A DNA stretch of 64,000 nucleotides, from positions 29,142,001 through 29,206,000 of the forward strand of contig NW_024704742.1 in NCBI RefSeq assembly GCF_018977255.1, written 5' to 3'. Shown piece after piece: positions 10,543 through 23,896 of the stretch. The first letter of the stretch is position 1, and each line of letters begins with the position of its first letter. The notes beneath the pieces were generated by a model. The model was not told the DNA's origin, did no database searches, and saw nothing but the letters and a program-made list of their open reading frames with translations. The DNA comes from Callorhinchus milii. Lineage: Eukaryota. The translations under genes and the position numbers were made by a program.

Positions 10543-13500
10543 CTGAAAAGGCAGGAAGGAGAAAGCATTTTTCTGCAATCGGGAGGGTGTTTCGCTCCAA
10601 ACGTGTCGCCGAGGGCTGAGGGTTTTTTAAACCGCAGTTACTATATCATATTTTAACTACAGAATTCATTTAGAAGTATCATTATTTTGACCCTCGTCTT
10701 ATAAAATTATTTTAGACAGGCACTGTCCATGACCCCTGCAAGCTGCAAAAAGCATCTCTCAGATGGTTATATCTAGTTCATCTTTTCTGACAGCATCAAT
10801 TTCACCCCTCCAATATTGCATTTTGTTTTTTGTCCTCATTCTGAGCTCACCCAGCATCGTGAACCATTTTCCAGCTCCAGCCCGAATGCCAAGACTGACT
10901 ACTTTATTTGTTATGTTTTGCAAACACTCCACGGGGAGGGATAACAAAGACGGTGGCTATCAGCTCCGCACAGACCTATAGCATGAACATCGATAACAAG
11001 GAGTCCATTTGCTCTAACCAGCCAGTACAACAATAATCAGGGTTTGCACACATCCTAAAAATCAGGTCGCTCGAGCCAAGACACCTGCTCTAGTGTTAGC
11101 ACCCGATGGAGTTCAGAGAACGCAGAGGAGTGTACACATTTCTTTTACACAAAAGATATCCTTTTAAGAAAAATTGAACATCTGTCAGTGCTTCATTGTA
11201 GAGTGTTTTCTCCTTTCCGTTGGTACGTTTGGTCTTAGATTTTCTGCTTGGACTGGATCTTTCTCATATATCTAGAATGTAGTTTAATTTCCAAAAGTGA
11301 GTTGTCTTCTTTTATCTCACCCTTTATGAAGCTTCTTAACACAACTATCCCCCCCCCCCCGACCCCATATTCCATCCCTCCCCCCGACCTCCTCGTCTGT
11401 AGGCTTCAGTTCCAATCAATAGCACTCCTTGATCAATCAGTACAAACCACGAGTCAAGTATATTTATCGATCTCAGTTTCCAACTCCTCCAACATGAAGC
11501 CACTCTCCAGACGCAAGAAAGACACATCCCATTCCACTCTAGCTCCCACATAACATTCACTTACACATCTCTCCCAGTGCTAAGATGTAACACTCTACCG
11601 AGTGACTACCCAGCTAATGCCAAAGTGAGGCTATTTGACAGGCATGGGGTAGAATATGTGGGATACGCATTGACGACTTGGGTTGAAATAGATTGATTTT
11701 CTCTTGGACTGTCTTTAATCACTTCTGATAGCCATTGTCTTTGTTTTCACTCCCTGTGGAGGGTTTGCAAAACATAACTTCTCTCTTTCCAGCTCGGCAT
11801 CAAATCAACGCTGTTAAGTGATCCAAAACACTACCTGTGTGAAAGGCAGAATATAAATGCAAGTTGTTGTTGTTGGGATAATATGTTGCAGCCACTGACA
11901 ATGAATCACTGAAATGCTTAAATCACTGGACTGCCTTTTCTTCCAAAGTTTAATTTCCAATTGGTCCTTTGTTTTCCAATTGTGTCCTTTGTCTTTTTCA
12001 TAAAGCAAGAACTCCAGTAGCATTCTTCTTCATCATTTTTAATATAAATGTCAGAGTTGTGACTTAATGGAAGTTACATCTCTTTGTTGCAGGTGCCAAA
12101 GAAAAATCAGGACCTAAAAGGCTATTATTGTATTACAGATATGGCCGGATTGCGTATGGGGCTGTGCTCCTTTCCTTTGTTCTACATCAGGGATTTTATG
12201 ATACGGTTTGTTTTTCTGTTTGTTACATTATGGAGTCCATTTCCAACAAACGAAATATACGTCAAATATAGTGGAGACATTTTAAAATACAACACTGATC
12301 CTTCCACTATGCAGTCAATCTTTCATTCAAAAGTTTTTTTGTGTAAATAATAGAAAGAAATCCTTGCATTTGATAGAGTGCCTTATTATGTCATGTTATG
12401 TGTTTCAGAGTTCCAACCCGTACCTTAAAGAAGCACACTTTTTGGCTTATTCACTCCCCTGAAAAACCCAGCTTGGATGAATTGGGTAAATGAGAAATTC
12501 AGAGGCTGTCATGATGACCCTCTCCTCCTTTACATTGTAATTTTGACCGTGTACAACTCCATTTCAAGCTCTAAAAATTGTGAGTTTTCCAGAAAGTCTC
12601 AAAATCATGGGAGTGAAGCCTGTAACGAACAAGCAATTTGGTGAGAAATATCTGCTATCCTGCTGAAAATTCATTTCCATATGTGTAAGGGTGTTTCTGA
12701 TATGGCATTTAGCCTGGGAAATTGTTATATTCTTTGGAAATATATATTATTTATATTATAAAGCAGGCAAAAACAAGAACAGCAAAATGTCCTGGTAGGG
12801 AGGCAGATTGAATGATATGGATATTGAACGTGTATTCCATTTTTTCCAATCCAATAAAAGCAATCTACTTGAAGTAATAGCTGCCTTTTGACTCCAACAT
12901 ATAACAGAAATTACATAAAAGATATAATGCTGTGCAGATCAGAGGCCGATTAGAATAAGCTCCTTGAAGACTGCAGGCCCATACCTTTATAACGCAGTGG
13001 ATTGGGTCTGTTATTTCAGAGCTGGTGGGATGCACTTAAAAGTGGTCACTGACCAATGCTTCTGGGGCATCGGGTCAGCAGTGATATCACTTCCTGAGTG
13101 GCACACATCTGCATGGTTCACAGGAAACTGGCATTTCCAGCATTTCCGATAAACCTTCTGTGCCTGTATTTTATGCCCAGACCAGTCAACACTGGAAGAC
13201 AAAATTGTACTGCACGGCACACCCCACTATAAGTGGATCTATATTATACTGGAGTGTTTTACAATGGGGTCAGCCTGAAAATGCTGCTTAGAATTTGCAT
13301 CTTTAATTAGTGCAGACCTATTCTAAAAACACAGGCTACTTTCCATAACATTCAAGTATGACTGCACTTTTCTTTTGATCTTTGCTCTGTGATGTTTCAG
13401 ATCATTGGAAACCTAAATTATTTCCTGCTAATTATAGGGCTGCCAGGGTCTCTTGATCGGATGCGCCCATCATATCGACCTGCAAACTTCTGATTAGCAT

Positions 13501-14309
13501 CACGTTCGAATTCCTCAGCTGATTCTTATTCCGCAGATCCTGCAGTCTGAGATCTACAGTCTATAGCGAAGCGCTGTGATGTAGGACATGCACTGATAGG
13601 GTGTGTGTGTGTGCTGGGATGTGGGGGTGGAGGTGGGGGGATTCTTCCTATATTGCATGTGTAAGAACAGAGGGATAAATGTGTAGCATTCTGTATTGTA
13701 TATATCATTTGTATGTCAGCTTGACCTTGCTGGTAACCTTCTCGCCTCTGAGTCACAAAACACACAGTTGCTCCACTTTACAGGATATCTTGTGAAGCGA
13801 TTTGGGACATCCTTCCGATGTGAAAGGCTCTATAGCAAATGCAAGGATTGTTATTATTATTTGTGCGATAATTACATTCCGTCTTGATGAAGAGAGATAA
13901 ATGTGAATGCTGCTGCTTGATTTTCCAATGCCTGCAATCCCTTTATTGTGAATGTTTTGACGATGTGCTGAAGATGCTATAAAGTCAACATCTTTTCCTG
14001 TGATAATAAATGGAACAGTTGCCAGTAATTTATATCTAAAAGCTCTACCATAAAGTGATATAATTAAAATAAGACTAATAAATATTGACAAGCAATAACA
14101 GTATTTGAAGCACTACAACACTCATTTCACTTAATTGTATTGATGCCATCAGTCACTGTATAACTACATAATACTAGTCAGAACTAACTTCATGCATTTA
14201 GTAAAAGCTGAGCCTCCCTCTTTCCTACAGTTTCACAATTTTGCGATGTGTGAGATGGAATTGGAGATTGTACTTTACATACAGAAATAAGCATCCACAG
14301 CTGATAAAA

Positions 14310-14432
14310 GTCAAAACGCTGTAGATGCTGGAAATATGAAATAAAAACAGAAGTCACTGGGAACACTCAGCGGGTCGGGCAGCATCTACGGAGAGAGGAA
14401 AATGAGTTAACATTTCAGGTCGATAACCTTTC
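14310..14432 (-). mobile_element. Penelope-type terminal-repeat fragment (degenerate, ribozyme core truncated)
   Basis: gtagatgctggaaatatgaaataaaaacag...ctgggaacactcagcgggtcgggcagcatct...gagttaacatttcaggtcga; paralogous to 19368-19451. Confidence 0.65.
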
Positions 14433-15649
14433 CACAATTGATATCCTATTCCAAATCATTACTGTGGAACACAGTACTTCTTCCACTCTAGAGGAGGCAG
14501 GGCATCAAAGAACCAGTCTACCCAAGTATCTCTCACTGAGCCATTGCTTGCCTTCACTCTTAAAGTCAATGACTTATTTGGAGTACTAACTCCTAGGCAC
14601 CAGGAGTCCATTGGCACCTCAGTATCTCTCCCCAGAGCCCACAAGTCAACAAGGTTTTTGATCACAGGGAAGCACAAGGCAATCTGATCCTGTCTTAATG
14701 TTGATGGATTTAAAAATAATCAATTTTTACCTGAATTGTAAAATTCAATGCCCTCCATATATCTCTTTGGATAACTATTTGAAGAGAAACAATGCTTTTC
14801 AAAAAAGGGTCTGGGGAAAGTGCAGGGAAGTAGGATTCAGAATTATTGCTTTAGTGGAGGAGCTGGAACAGGCCTCCTTCTGAACAGTAATTTCTATGAT
14901 TGTATGATATCTAAGTGTCAAACTGCCTCTGGTAGCAATAGTTTCACCTCTCGGTTACATCGAGACTTGAAGCTCATAGTCGAGGCTACGTCGTATTGTT
15001 GGAGGTGTTGCCCTTTATAGCATCTTCAGCACCCTTCAGGCAAGACACTAAACATTAAATATCACTGTCCAAAAAGAGAAGAATTTCTCCCAGAACGCTG
15101 GTCAACAATTGTTATGCGATTCATGTCTTTCCTCAGCCAAGACCCATTCTATCGTAACCTAAGGATATTTATCTCCGTCCATGTGATCATGCTTGCAATG
15201 CAATCTTAGCTGTAATGGGTGAGGTGTGTTCTCTTTATTCTCCTGTTCTTTATTGGCTGGGGTTCAGTATCAGTAAAATGTTAATCATCAGATAAATACA
15301 GCAAAAGCTCCACTTCTTTCCCATATAAGTGCATTTTCCTTTCGACACTGAGGTAAATATTTGTGTTCTTGAACCTGACTCTGACACAGCTGATGTTTCC
15401 CTATTTGAACCAACAGCCAGGAATCAGGAGCTTTTTTAAGGAAGCACAAGGTACAACACAGTGCTAATAATAATAATAAATAATCAATACTTATATTTCA
15501 TGTAAGCACTCTTCACATCAGATGATGACTAAAAGCATTACACAGGATATCCTACAAAGTGCAGTGATTGTGCATTTTGTGGGCACACTCAGCAGCCAAT
15601 TTGCAAAGTATTTGAGGACAGTTTCAGCTTGGTATAAATTAGCCTTCAA

Positions 15650-15965
15650 TATAATAATAATCCTTGCATTTGAAATAGCGCTTTTCACATCTTTTAGACG
15701 CCCAAACCGCTTCACAGAATATACTGTAAAATGAATTGACTGCATATTTGTGGGTGAACGTGGCAGCCAATTGCGCACAGCAATGTCCCACAAACAGTCA
15801 TGGATTGAAAATGACCAATTTATTTTTGTTTTTGTTTTTTTGGAGGGATTATTATTGGGCGTGTGGAGTAAGGAAACTTGCCCAAGGTTTCGCCCTGACC
15901 TGGAATTGAACTCAGGTCTCTCACTTGCAAAGCGAGTGCTCTAACCACTGAGCTACAGGACTCCA
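15650..15965 (-). mobile_element. Young tRNA/Deu SINE, full length
   Basis: Full reverse-complement copy, from tail ataataatccttgcatttg to head gagctacaggactcca. Confidence 0.95.
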
Positions 15966-17643
15966 CACAAATATAATTTATTCAGTTCCCTGTGTCGCTG
16001 TTTAATTCAGTGCAAGTGTACAATTAGCACATATATGTCATGGTGACCTGTATTCCGGTACCAGTAAAAAACTGCTAAGCATGTTACATTGCTCATTCTC
16101 CTCGTTCACAAGGTCTTATGATGCTATTTCACTATCAGCATTCTCCACATTAACTCCCAGCTATACTGGCAAAAACATTCTAAACAAACTAAACATGGAA
16201 AATAAAATATCTGTTAAAATGAAACATTTTTAAAGGAAAAAGCACAAGGCAGTAATTGAAGGAGTTTGAGGGTGGAGTAGGTAGGTGAGAACATAGAAGG
16301 GTTCCAACAAAGTTGGAAGTTTAATCTTTGTCCTCGTTGAGTTGAGGCCCAAAGAGGAAGGGAGCCATCTTCAAATTGTAAGATGTATGGCATTAGTCAA
16401 TGTTTTCAGAGCTTGCCTCAGCAATTAATGAGTCACAACATAATTTTGTGTGCTTTAAACTCGTCTGTATTTTGCAAATTGATGTCAGGTGTGTTACGTA
16501 AAAAGAGAATTAAATTACAAATCTCATGGCTCTTTCTGCTAAGATGTAGATCAATAAGGAGTGGTTGAATCTGTCACAACAATGTCACAGCAATGTTCTT
16601 CCAATCATTTGAAAGATGTCAGCCTTGTCACTTTTAATGTTCGCTTAGGATTCAGAAGGTTAGGGTAGCTGTCAGCTGCATTATTATTATTTTTCACATT
16701 ATTTTAAAGCCATGTTAGTCAAGATGAAAAATATTTAGCTCACCAGACTAAATGCCACTAGCTTCAGATTCCTTTGATATTTCGAAGAGAAAACAATTGC
16801 CAAGAAACTGTGAGGAAGGATTATTGTAGAAAGATAAAATAAAAATGTCAGGCTCATTTCAGAATAGAGGCCTGCTTATATATGCAGTGGTCACAGTATA
16901 AGTGACATATTTCATTTGTTCTCCATATATATATATATATGTGTACATTTCTGGTTGAATTATGTAATATGACCGCCATTTGGCTCCTCTATAACAGGTG
17001 CATAGTAATATTGACATGATAATAGAAAGCAAAAGGGAAAAAATGGTATGTAACAGTACTTTATCTTGGTGGTTGTATTGTCCTGTATAAGTAGAGATCA
17101 ATTTTCCTATGTAATACAATTCAGTCATAGCATACATACAATTCAATACACATTACAGACTATCAAGCTCAAATACGCAGTCACTACACTTTACAGTGAA
17201 TTCTATGAAGTGCTTTGCTTGCCAATATGACAAAGCACTCTATCAAATGCAAAGATTATTATTATAATAGTTATTATTACTGTATTCACACCAAAATAAG
17301 TTGCTTTGAAGCATAGTGATTGTTATTAAGTGGGCAAACGCCACAACAAATCTTCATCGGCAATGACATATAAACAAATTGAATTACCTTACACTGCATC
17401 TCGCTTCACTCATTTAAACAAGTAGGCCCACCACAGACCCCTCAGGCTCCCCTCTCAGTATCTCAATCTAACCTCCCTACTATTACATCAGTGTGATGCT
17501 TGCATTCCACAAACTGGCCAGCCTGTGGTTTACTGAGTAAGATTATCATTTTAATATTGAATCAAGGGAAGTTGTATGCTATGTACCGCCCTGATTAGAA
17601 CCAGGGTTGAAACTGCCAAACATACTTCATGTAGGACCCTTAC

Positions 17644-17704
17644 AGCCAACAGATGGAGGGCACATTCTTCCCATCGATCATTGTCACAAATTTTCCATCT
17701 AAGC
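17644..17704 (-). CDS. Probable internal exon (GLDGKFVTMIDGKNVPSICWL; alternative donor at 17626 gives LRWKICDNDRWEECALHLLAVRVLHE)
   Basis: Acceptor ttttttcccttttgcag; donors CT|gtaagg or GAA|gtatgt; both frames open. Confidence 0.4.
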
Positions 17705-18191
17705 CTGCAAAAGGGAAAAAAATAATAGCCAGGTACAAAGTGCAGGCACCCAGGGGGAATCAGGACCCTGGTCTCTGCGAACCATTCAAAAGTATATTAG
17801 TGGCAGGAGCAGATTACGTTACGTGATCTGTTAGTAAGAGAGTCATGAATAATGTGTTATATTTTCGATCATAGGTTAGAGAATATCAGAGAGGGTTACA
17901 GTGAAGAACTACAGCAACATAAAGTGTGGTTTTTTCTGTATCTTGTATCTTGGAACCAGATAGTCTTCTGATGAGATGAGCTCCAGAGAATCTGAGCCAG
18001 TCTCTCGTACCCGCTTAGATTAAACCTAACAAGTTTCCAAGACGGTCCAATTAACTACAAGGTAAACTGCAACAAAATTTACTTTTTGTTGCTCCCATTT
18101 TTCTGCTTAAAAAACTCAAAGGCTAACAGTTCTTGGCATGAGTTGTTGCGTAAAGCACTGCAAATTACGATGCTTCATTTCTTCTGAATTT

Positions 18192-18329
18192 CCAGAGGGC
18201 TTTGAGGGGGGAGGGAGAGCAGAGATAGCAAGACGATGAAGACATTTATAACATTCAGAAGTGATCACATTGAAAATGTCTTCATCCTCTTGCTATCTCT
18301 GCTCTCCCTCCCCCCTCAAAGCCCTCTGG
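18192..18329. repeat. Inverted repeat: 56-bp arms, 1 mismatch, 26-nt loop
   Basis: 18192-18247 is the reverse complement of 18274-18329 except one C/G. Confidence 0.95.
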
Positions 18330-18802
18330 TTTAAGGTCATGAGGTTTGTTCTTATTTTACCTTTCCAGTCAAACCTGGCCAACAATGCCCCTTCCCCCAA
18401 ACTATAATCATTCATTTTATGGCTGTTTGTGGCACCTAGATGTGCGTAAATTGGCTGTCACATTGGTCTACAAGTACACAGCCACTTCACTTCACAGTAA
18501 AATTTTTGAAGCGCTTTGAGACACTTTGACAACATAAGAAGCTATTCCAAATGCAAGGATTATTATAAACCATGCTCAGGACAATTCTTCACTTCCTGTT
18601 TTCAGAAAATCATAATGTATGAATTGTTTTGAAAATCTTTGTTTTTCTTTTAATGTAGAAATGCATAAGTGTACAACAAACTTGTTTCAGATGCTTTCCG
18701 AAGTCTCGTTCATGGAAGGTGCAATCGAATTTTCGTGCTGTCTGTAACAGTGAATGTAGTATCAAGTTTAGTTGTGTTCCCTTCACAAACTTAATACATT
18801 TT

Positions 18803-18985
18803 GCTTTCAAGAGGGAAATAGACAAGTATATGAAAGAGAGGGGCTTGAAGGAGTTTTGGGGACAGGGCAAGGCAGTGGGATTGATCTCAGGATTGATCTG
18901 AATGATTTCTTTGCTCTGAGAGCAAATCCAGACAATGGGCTGAATGGCCTCCTTCTGTGCTGTAGATTTCTATGTTTCTAAGATT
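18803..18985 (+). mobile_element. CR1 3' end fragment
   Basis: AFKREIDKYMKERGLKEFWG; aatgggctgaatggcctccttctgtgctgtagatttctatgtttcta. Confidence 0.85.
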
Positions 18986-19367
18986 CAAAGGCTCTGTGAA
19001 GTTCAAAGTATAAAAATGTATTGAAGAGTATGAAACCTGTCCAGAAAGAGCCCTTAATTGTAGGGGAACAGCAAGTGTGCAGAGACATATCACAATCTAA
19101 GAGCGAGAGAGAGAGAGAGAGCACGAGAAACAAAGAAATGTAGCCTGTAGCCTGTCTGTGTTTTAAAGACAGTTTATTACCGAAACCATCCTTGAAATCC
19201 GAGTAATCTTGTGTTCTAGTTACTTTTATTCACTTTTTTTTACATTTGCATTTTGTTCAAATGTTCAATTTGTGAGATTACAGATATTTTCGGAGGGTAG
19301 AGATTGTGAAACAAAGCCCGATTTGTGATTGTTGGGTCCCAGTCTGGGATGAGGTCACCTTTTGTAT

Positions 19368-19451
19368 CTGGGAACACTCAGCAGGTCAGGCAGCATCTAT
19401 GGAAAAAGGAAAGTGAGTCAACGTTTCGGGTCCACGACCCTTCGTCAGAAC
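19368..19451 (-). mobile_element. Penelope-type terminal-repeat fragment carrying a hammerhead core
   Basis: ctgggaacactcagcaggtcaggcagcatct...gtcaacgtttcgggtccacgacccttcgtcag. Confidence 0.7.
19417..19451 (-). ncRNA. Minimal type I hammerhead ribozyme motif
   Basis: Minus strand GUU CUGACGA A GGGUC-GUG-GACCC GAAAC GUU GAC: conserved CUGANGA and GAAA cores, perfect 5-bp stem II, palindromic ACGU stem III, short stem I. Confidence 0.7.
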
Positions 19452-19789
19452 GGTTTTGCGGTGTGAAACAAGTACATTGATGATCTACATCTACAATAAT
19501 ATGTCATGAAGGGGTTACTTCGAACCTTGTGCGGACATTGGTTGTCTTGCTGTTTTCTGACAGCAGCTTTTCATCCCCCTCTCATTCTGTTCAACTGTGC
19601 TGATAATATCCAGATGACAGCCTAGGCCCACCAGAGGCGTCACAAGGCTATCAGATGGTTTTGGATAAGGAAGGCTCTTTGCACCATGTGATCTTATCCT
19701 TCCAGAACAATTACCTTGTTATATTCCCATCACATTATCAAATAGGATTGTGAAAGTAAACCCAGAACAATACTTTCAAATGTTACAAA

Positions 19790-19960
19790 ACAGGAGAACA
19801 AGAGGACACAAGTTGAGGGTTGCAAAGGGCAATTTCAGACAATCACCAGGAAATATTTCCTTACCCAGAGGGTAATTGGTGACTGAAATGGGTTACCAGG
19901 AAGGGTGTTTGAGATCAGGAAGCTGGACTCATTTAAAAACAACTTAATGCTGTGTTGAGA
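19790..19960 (+). mobile_element. Old CR1 3' ORF fragment
   Basis: agaacaagaggacacaagttgagg (RTRGHKLR)...tttccttacccagagggta...gactcatttaaaaacaact. Confidence 0.7.
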
Positions 19961-21739
19961 GTATTGTATGCTAGATAAGATAAGGTTTCACTCCCAATGA
20001 CTGAGACCAGTTGCGTTGTTACTCAAGTCTCTAATCTGAGGAATCATACACTTTTTATAGGAAGAGCAACAATTTTGTATTTCTTTGGCAGATAATTGCC
20101 TTAAAATAAATGCACAAAACATTCAAATTAAAAAGCCACTTTAGTGCCAAGAATTACAAACAATAAACCCTTGCATCCTTTTTTTTAAATATAGAAGAAA
20201 ATAAGATTACGCCATTTCAATACTGTGGAACAAACCAGTCTCCAAAGATCAGACAAGAGGGGTGTTCAGCCCCAAACTGTCCTTAAGGATTGGACATAAG
20301 TGATCACAAACTCCAACAGGTAACAATTATCATCGTATACCACAAATTTCTCCCTAATATTTATAATAATTTTACTGCCCCAAAATGTAAAGTATTCTAC
20401 AGAGCTGTAGCCTAATTAAAAGTGAGTTGAATGAACACACCTCCTCTGAAGGCCCTGCTGTTTGTCATATTTATTGCAAACATTAATAAAATGTGCCAGT
20501 ACTCTTGGGCATAATTAGCCTAAATGGAAGCAACTCGCCAATTTGTCACCCAATTCCTGAATAACTATTGTGTGCTGATGTCCCACCGCATAAATGTGGA
20601 CGCTGGACTAATTCAGAATGATGGAATATCTTTTAAAGTCGTGCAATTGTACAAGGCTTAAATCTGGCATTTAAAACCTTTGTTAAGTAACTACTACAGC
20701 ATTAAAACAATCTGGTTTCTCTGGTATGTAGATAAATATTCTATGCCTTGTGGTATTTAATTACTAAAACTGAAAACTATCTATGCAATAATCTAGGCTT
20801 TTTTAAACTGTGTTTGGACTAAACGATGGTTAAAATCCTTCCAATGGTTTTGTGCATTTTCTGAACCCTGACTCCTTCACTGGAGTCTGAACATCTATTT
20901 TTTCCAGAAGGCTGCAGACTATATTGGGAGATTAAGTGCCGTCTTAGCCCTCAGATCAAATTAACTCTTAATTGTGTTGTGTTTATTTTATTCGAGACCG
21001 GAGCGCGATCCAATAAATGAGGCCTTGCCGATAATAATAAATACCCAAATTAACTGGTAAAGCACAAAAGAAGCCCTGGCTTATAACGGGTAACATCTGT
21101 AGAACCTAATTACAACAATTGTCAAAGGTTTCATTCAGTGCAAACTGTGTCTGGTTCACACGGCGGCAATGCACACTGCATGGCAGGGCAGGGCACCCAG
21201 GTCACGCTTGCTCTGGCTCATATTCACAGTCACACAGTTATTAGCATAGGCTCCATCTGCTCTATAGTAAACGCCATGATGACATGCATTGCTTGCACCC
21301 CGGGCAGAGCAGAGAGCAACAGAATGAAGTAAGGCACGCCTGCCAAGCAGAAATGACGGATGTAGCCACACAGTGAATCCCATAAAGCAGAAGGGGATCT
21401 ATCAGTTTATGAGGAATTGTTCAGTGGAAATGAATTGTGTGCCTGTGTTGAATTGAAGACCACAGTAATAGTGTAGCACAGAGTTAAGTTAACATGGAGC
21501 AGTCCAACACTGCCTCGTGAGGTTTTTTATTGCATCCAAAAGGCTAGAAATTCTGTCTGGGACTAGATTTACTTTATTTATGAGTCATTTCAGAGCATCC
21601 AGAATTTGGGCAAATTGTTATATTCAGTCTTAACTTTAAACCAGGTTTTCTGCAGCTCTTAAAAGAACTTAAGAGAAAACTGACTTCCAAATTAAGGCTG
21701 TATTTAAGAATTTGCCATTTTCAGGACACTCTCAAATCA

Positions 21740-22035
21740 ATAATAATGATAATTATCCTTGCATTTGATATGGCACCTTATCACATCTTTTAAGCGTCTC
21801 AAATGCTTCACAGAATATACTGCAAAGTGAATTGACTGTTTATTTTGTGGGCGAAACACAGCAGCCAATTGCACACAGCAGTAACCCACAAACAGTCATG
21901 GATTGAGTGACCAGATAATAATAATTTTTTTAAAAAAGGATTTATTGCCCCCAGAACAGCAATCCACCCATCAATTAACAAGCGGGTTCCTACATACTGC
22001 TGGGTAAACAGAGGCGTGTGTGTGGAGTAAGGAAA
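21740..22035 (-). mobile_element. tRNA/Deu SINE, head truncated
   Basis: atccttgcatttgatatgg...cagccaattgcacacagc...gggtaaacagaggcgtgtgtgtggagtaaggaaa. Confidence 0.85.
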
Positions 22036-23896
22036 ATTGAGTAAATTTAGACTTGGGTGGAATTTCTCCCGATGCATTGTTTAACTGAGGTTATCCCTTC
22101 AAAATTGTACATCACAGCTAATAACCAAATTGGTTATTTTCATCTCTAGATATTATGGTAAAAAAAGAGCTGTTATTTTCAAGGCAATGTACTGAAGGCT
22201 AAGCCTATGAAAGATTTTGTGTCAGGCCTCTTAAAACATTAAGCTTTATCATGAACAGGAATAAAAAAAAAGTGTCTGTTACCTAATTGCAAGTTTGCCC
22301 TGTGAAGCTTTGGCAACCAAAAGAAATTGATACAGTGTACCCCCAGATGACTATTATAAAAGTGAAATAAATGGTGGTATTACTCTTCATTAATGATCTG
22401 TAAAAATATGGCTATCGACTATTTTTGGTGAGTTTCCCAGATATCCTTCAACCGTGCATATTATCATTTGCATCCTTAGGTACTGTTTTTTTATTGGCTA
22501 GTGATAAGGCTGCATGCTTTGAAGTGTAAAATCGGATTCCTGTATCTAACCCTCTTGAGTATTCAATGTCCTTTTACAGCTTTCAAGTCACACAGATGTT
22601 TTCTATCATCATCACACAATTGATTGCCACATCATATCTAGAATTAGAAAACAGACAGAGCTGCTGAGCTCAATGCACGCTCCCATTTCAACATTGTTAC
22701 TGCAGCACAGTTTGTGCGCTGCTTTACAGTACGCTGAGAATGTGCCATGCTTAACAGTGCAGCTACAATGCAAAGTCTGTATCACTACACACATTCAAAT
22801 GCAAACCATCCATCCTAACTGTAGTTTTTGCCGATGGTTGTTGAGAACAACTCGAAGATGTCATGTCAGTCCACGTAACTTTGCACCATTGTAACTACAA
22901 TAAACCCAAGCCAATTTTATACATGAAGCGAGCAATTAACACAAGCCCAGACGGTCTGCCAGTCTGCCTTTAAGTTTCTACTGTCAGAAAAAATTGACAG
23001 GACATTCTAACATTAAGCAGATTGTCAGCGAGAGAGCAGAGCTCTGCACTGATGTTCAGTATGCATACATAGACTCCTCTGTTGCCTCAGTGTGTTTATT
23101 CAGTAAGTTTATGAAACACCACAGCCACCAAGGTCTCAGCTTTGATCCCAATCTGCCTGGGAAGGCTTTAACGCCTCTGCCAATCCAACTTGGGATCAGT
23201 GATTTAAGGAAATGAACAAGAATGGCCTTTGGTGCTTCTTCCTCCAACACGCATTCCCTTACTCCCTGCTGGGCTGTACTTGGACAATAGTTGGTGCTGC
23301 TTGCAACAAGGCTGAAATAAGTTACCGAATATGTAAAGGGTTACAAGTGCAATTCTCTGGCACACCTCCACCTGACACTTACTATAACAATCCTTGCATT
23401 TGGTATAGCTCCGTTGAGACATCACAAAGTGCTTCACAAGATTTTACTGTGAAGTGCAGCGACTGTGTGTTTTGTAAGTAAAGCTGATTGAAAGAATTGT
23501 ACCCATTCCATAGTGTTAGCAGCAAAACTATTACATTAGCAATTCTACAGGTAACAATTCAAAGTCAACTGTATAGCCACATTGTGCTTTTTGTTTTTTT
23601 CCAAATAGAGGAAATAATAATAATGGAGTTTTGTTTGAAACCAATATTTGTGTATATTTAAGTAGAAATATCAGGGAAAAAATACTTTTACAGCTCGTTT
23701 GTGGCTCAGGTGCTTGTGGCTCTATCTAGGAAGCCTAGACTATCAGCTCAGAGTTCTGAAGGCGCTACACAAATGTAATTTTGTTGTTGTTGTTATTCAA
23801 AGATGAGGGGAAAACGTAACAGTACAGATCTGTGCTTCACCCAATTTCAAAACAGTACAAACTGGCCCAATGCTGTCTCCTAGCCCCACTCATAAA

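Noticed and set aside
12093..12153. Plus-strand 61-nt exon-like segment
   Set aside because: Weak donor, no partner plus-strand exons, no recognisable peptide
14459..14677. 72-aa minus-strand ORF with FN3-like LRVKASN
   Set aside because: No other FN3 features and no convincing splice sites
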